Part shown: in pieces, positions 63,833 through 64,000 of the stretch | Layout of the letters: each line of letters opens with the position of its first letter | Numbering within the stretch: the stretch's first letter is position 1 | Notes under the pieces: model-generated | The model's database searches: none | Told to the model about the DNA's origin: nothing | What the model saw: only the letters and a program-made list of their open reading frames with translations | Origin: Desulfobacteraceae bacterium | Lineage (GTDB): Bacteria; Desulfobacterota; Desulfobacteria; Desulfobacterales; UBA5852 | Direction: 5' to 3' | DNA length: 64,000 nt | Assembly: GCA_014237395.1 (NCBI GenBank) | Contig: JABZFP010000019.1 | Span: forward strand, 64,756 to 128,755 | Position numbers and translations under genes: made by a program

Positions 63833-64000
63833 ACCTTATCCTCTTGGATAATTACATTGCTTTCTTCATGAGCAGCATAGGTTGCATTATTGCCGAAGAA
63901 TTTGGTGAGCTCGGATTCGATTTTACGTATTTGTTTATATTTTCGTGCCGAATCAACCGATTCGCATTTGTAAAAAGACAGGAATTTCAATTTGCATTTC
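63829..64000 (-). CDS. Hypothetical protein, partial (5' end beyond window edge)
   Basis: My reverse-complement translation gives ...KCKLKFLSFYKCESVDSARKYKQIRKIESELTKFFGNNATYAAHEESNVIIQEDKV*. The TGA overlaps the DUF202 start. No family recognised. Confidence 0.4.
   Translation of the reverse strand, partial: KCKLKFLSFYKCESVDSARKYKQIRKIESELTKFFGNNATYAAHEESNVIIQEDKV

Noticed and set aside
1-64000. CRISPR arrays, rRNA or tRNA genes, retron or DGR-type repeats.
   Set aside because: I noticed no regularly spaced direct repeats, no cloverleaf-capable G+C-rich 70-90 nt blocks in intergenic gaps, and no reverse-transcriptase-like ORF. A tRNAscan or Infernal run would be needed to be certain.

Overview
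This is a 64 kb stretch of bacterial chromosome with no rRNA, tRNA, CRISPR array, transposase or integrase that I could recognise. All homology calls come from reading the translations and from memory of family motifs; no searches were run. The backbone is G+C-rich: my spot counts of single 60-nt lines give about 60%, and long spurious antisense ORFs are common. Backbone genes, in order:
- Polar amino-acid ABC transporter, ygiQ radical SAM, ileS-lspA, holA-like and pyk.
- livKHMGF-type operon, ADP-ribosylglycohydrolase, membrane J-protein, small KaiC-like ATPase and an orphan EF-G paralogue.
- azlCD, an ABC_sub_bind-type transporter, an FMN-dehydrogenase/ACT/UPF0210 operon, a DHH-CBS protein and brnTA.
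- A sigma-54 regulated SBP56 (selenium-binding protein / methanethiol-oxidase family) locus.

The lineage is probably Desulfobacterota/deltaproteobacteria-like. That is an inference from mglBA, the many sigma-54/GAF/PAS regulators, ygiQ and UPF0210.

The most interesting part is a markedly AT-richer block at about 25.3-35.9 kb (spot counts 30-37% G+C) carrying ten co-directional genes closed by a strong terminator:
- bona fide MglB and MglA;
- two unknown proteins, one with a wHTH;
- a Zn-ribbon/Cache/HAMP sensor with no output domain;
- a tandem PATAN(DUF4388)-like protein;
- a PAS-PAS-DHp protein lacking any kinase ATPase domain;
- a receiver-PATAN response regulator;
- a second Roadblock protein (MglC-like);
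- a TPR-fused GspE/PilB-type ATPase with no pilin, platform or secretin genes nearby.

I read this as a candidate sensor-coupled small-GTPase switch, a hybrid of the MglAB polarity module and conservon logic, that drives an orphan secretion/pilus-type ATPase. As far as I know this combination has not been described.

Secondary loci of interest:
- A cNMP-PilZ / DUF2062 / metallophosphoesterase operon at 37.7-41.9 kb.
- Twin paralogous GAF sensor modules fused to a PP2C phosphatase and to a sigma-54 activator, next to a textbook -24/-12 promoter in front of a cytoplasmic SBP56 gene (52.5-59.6 kb).
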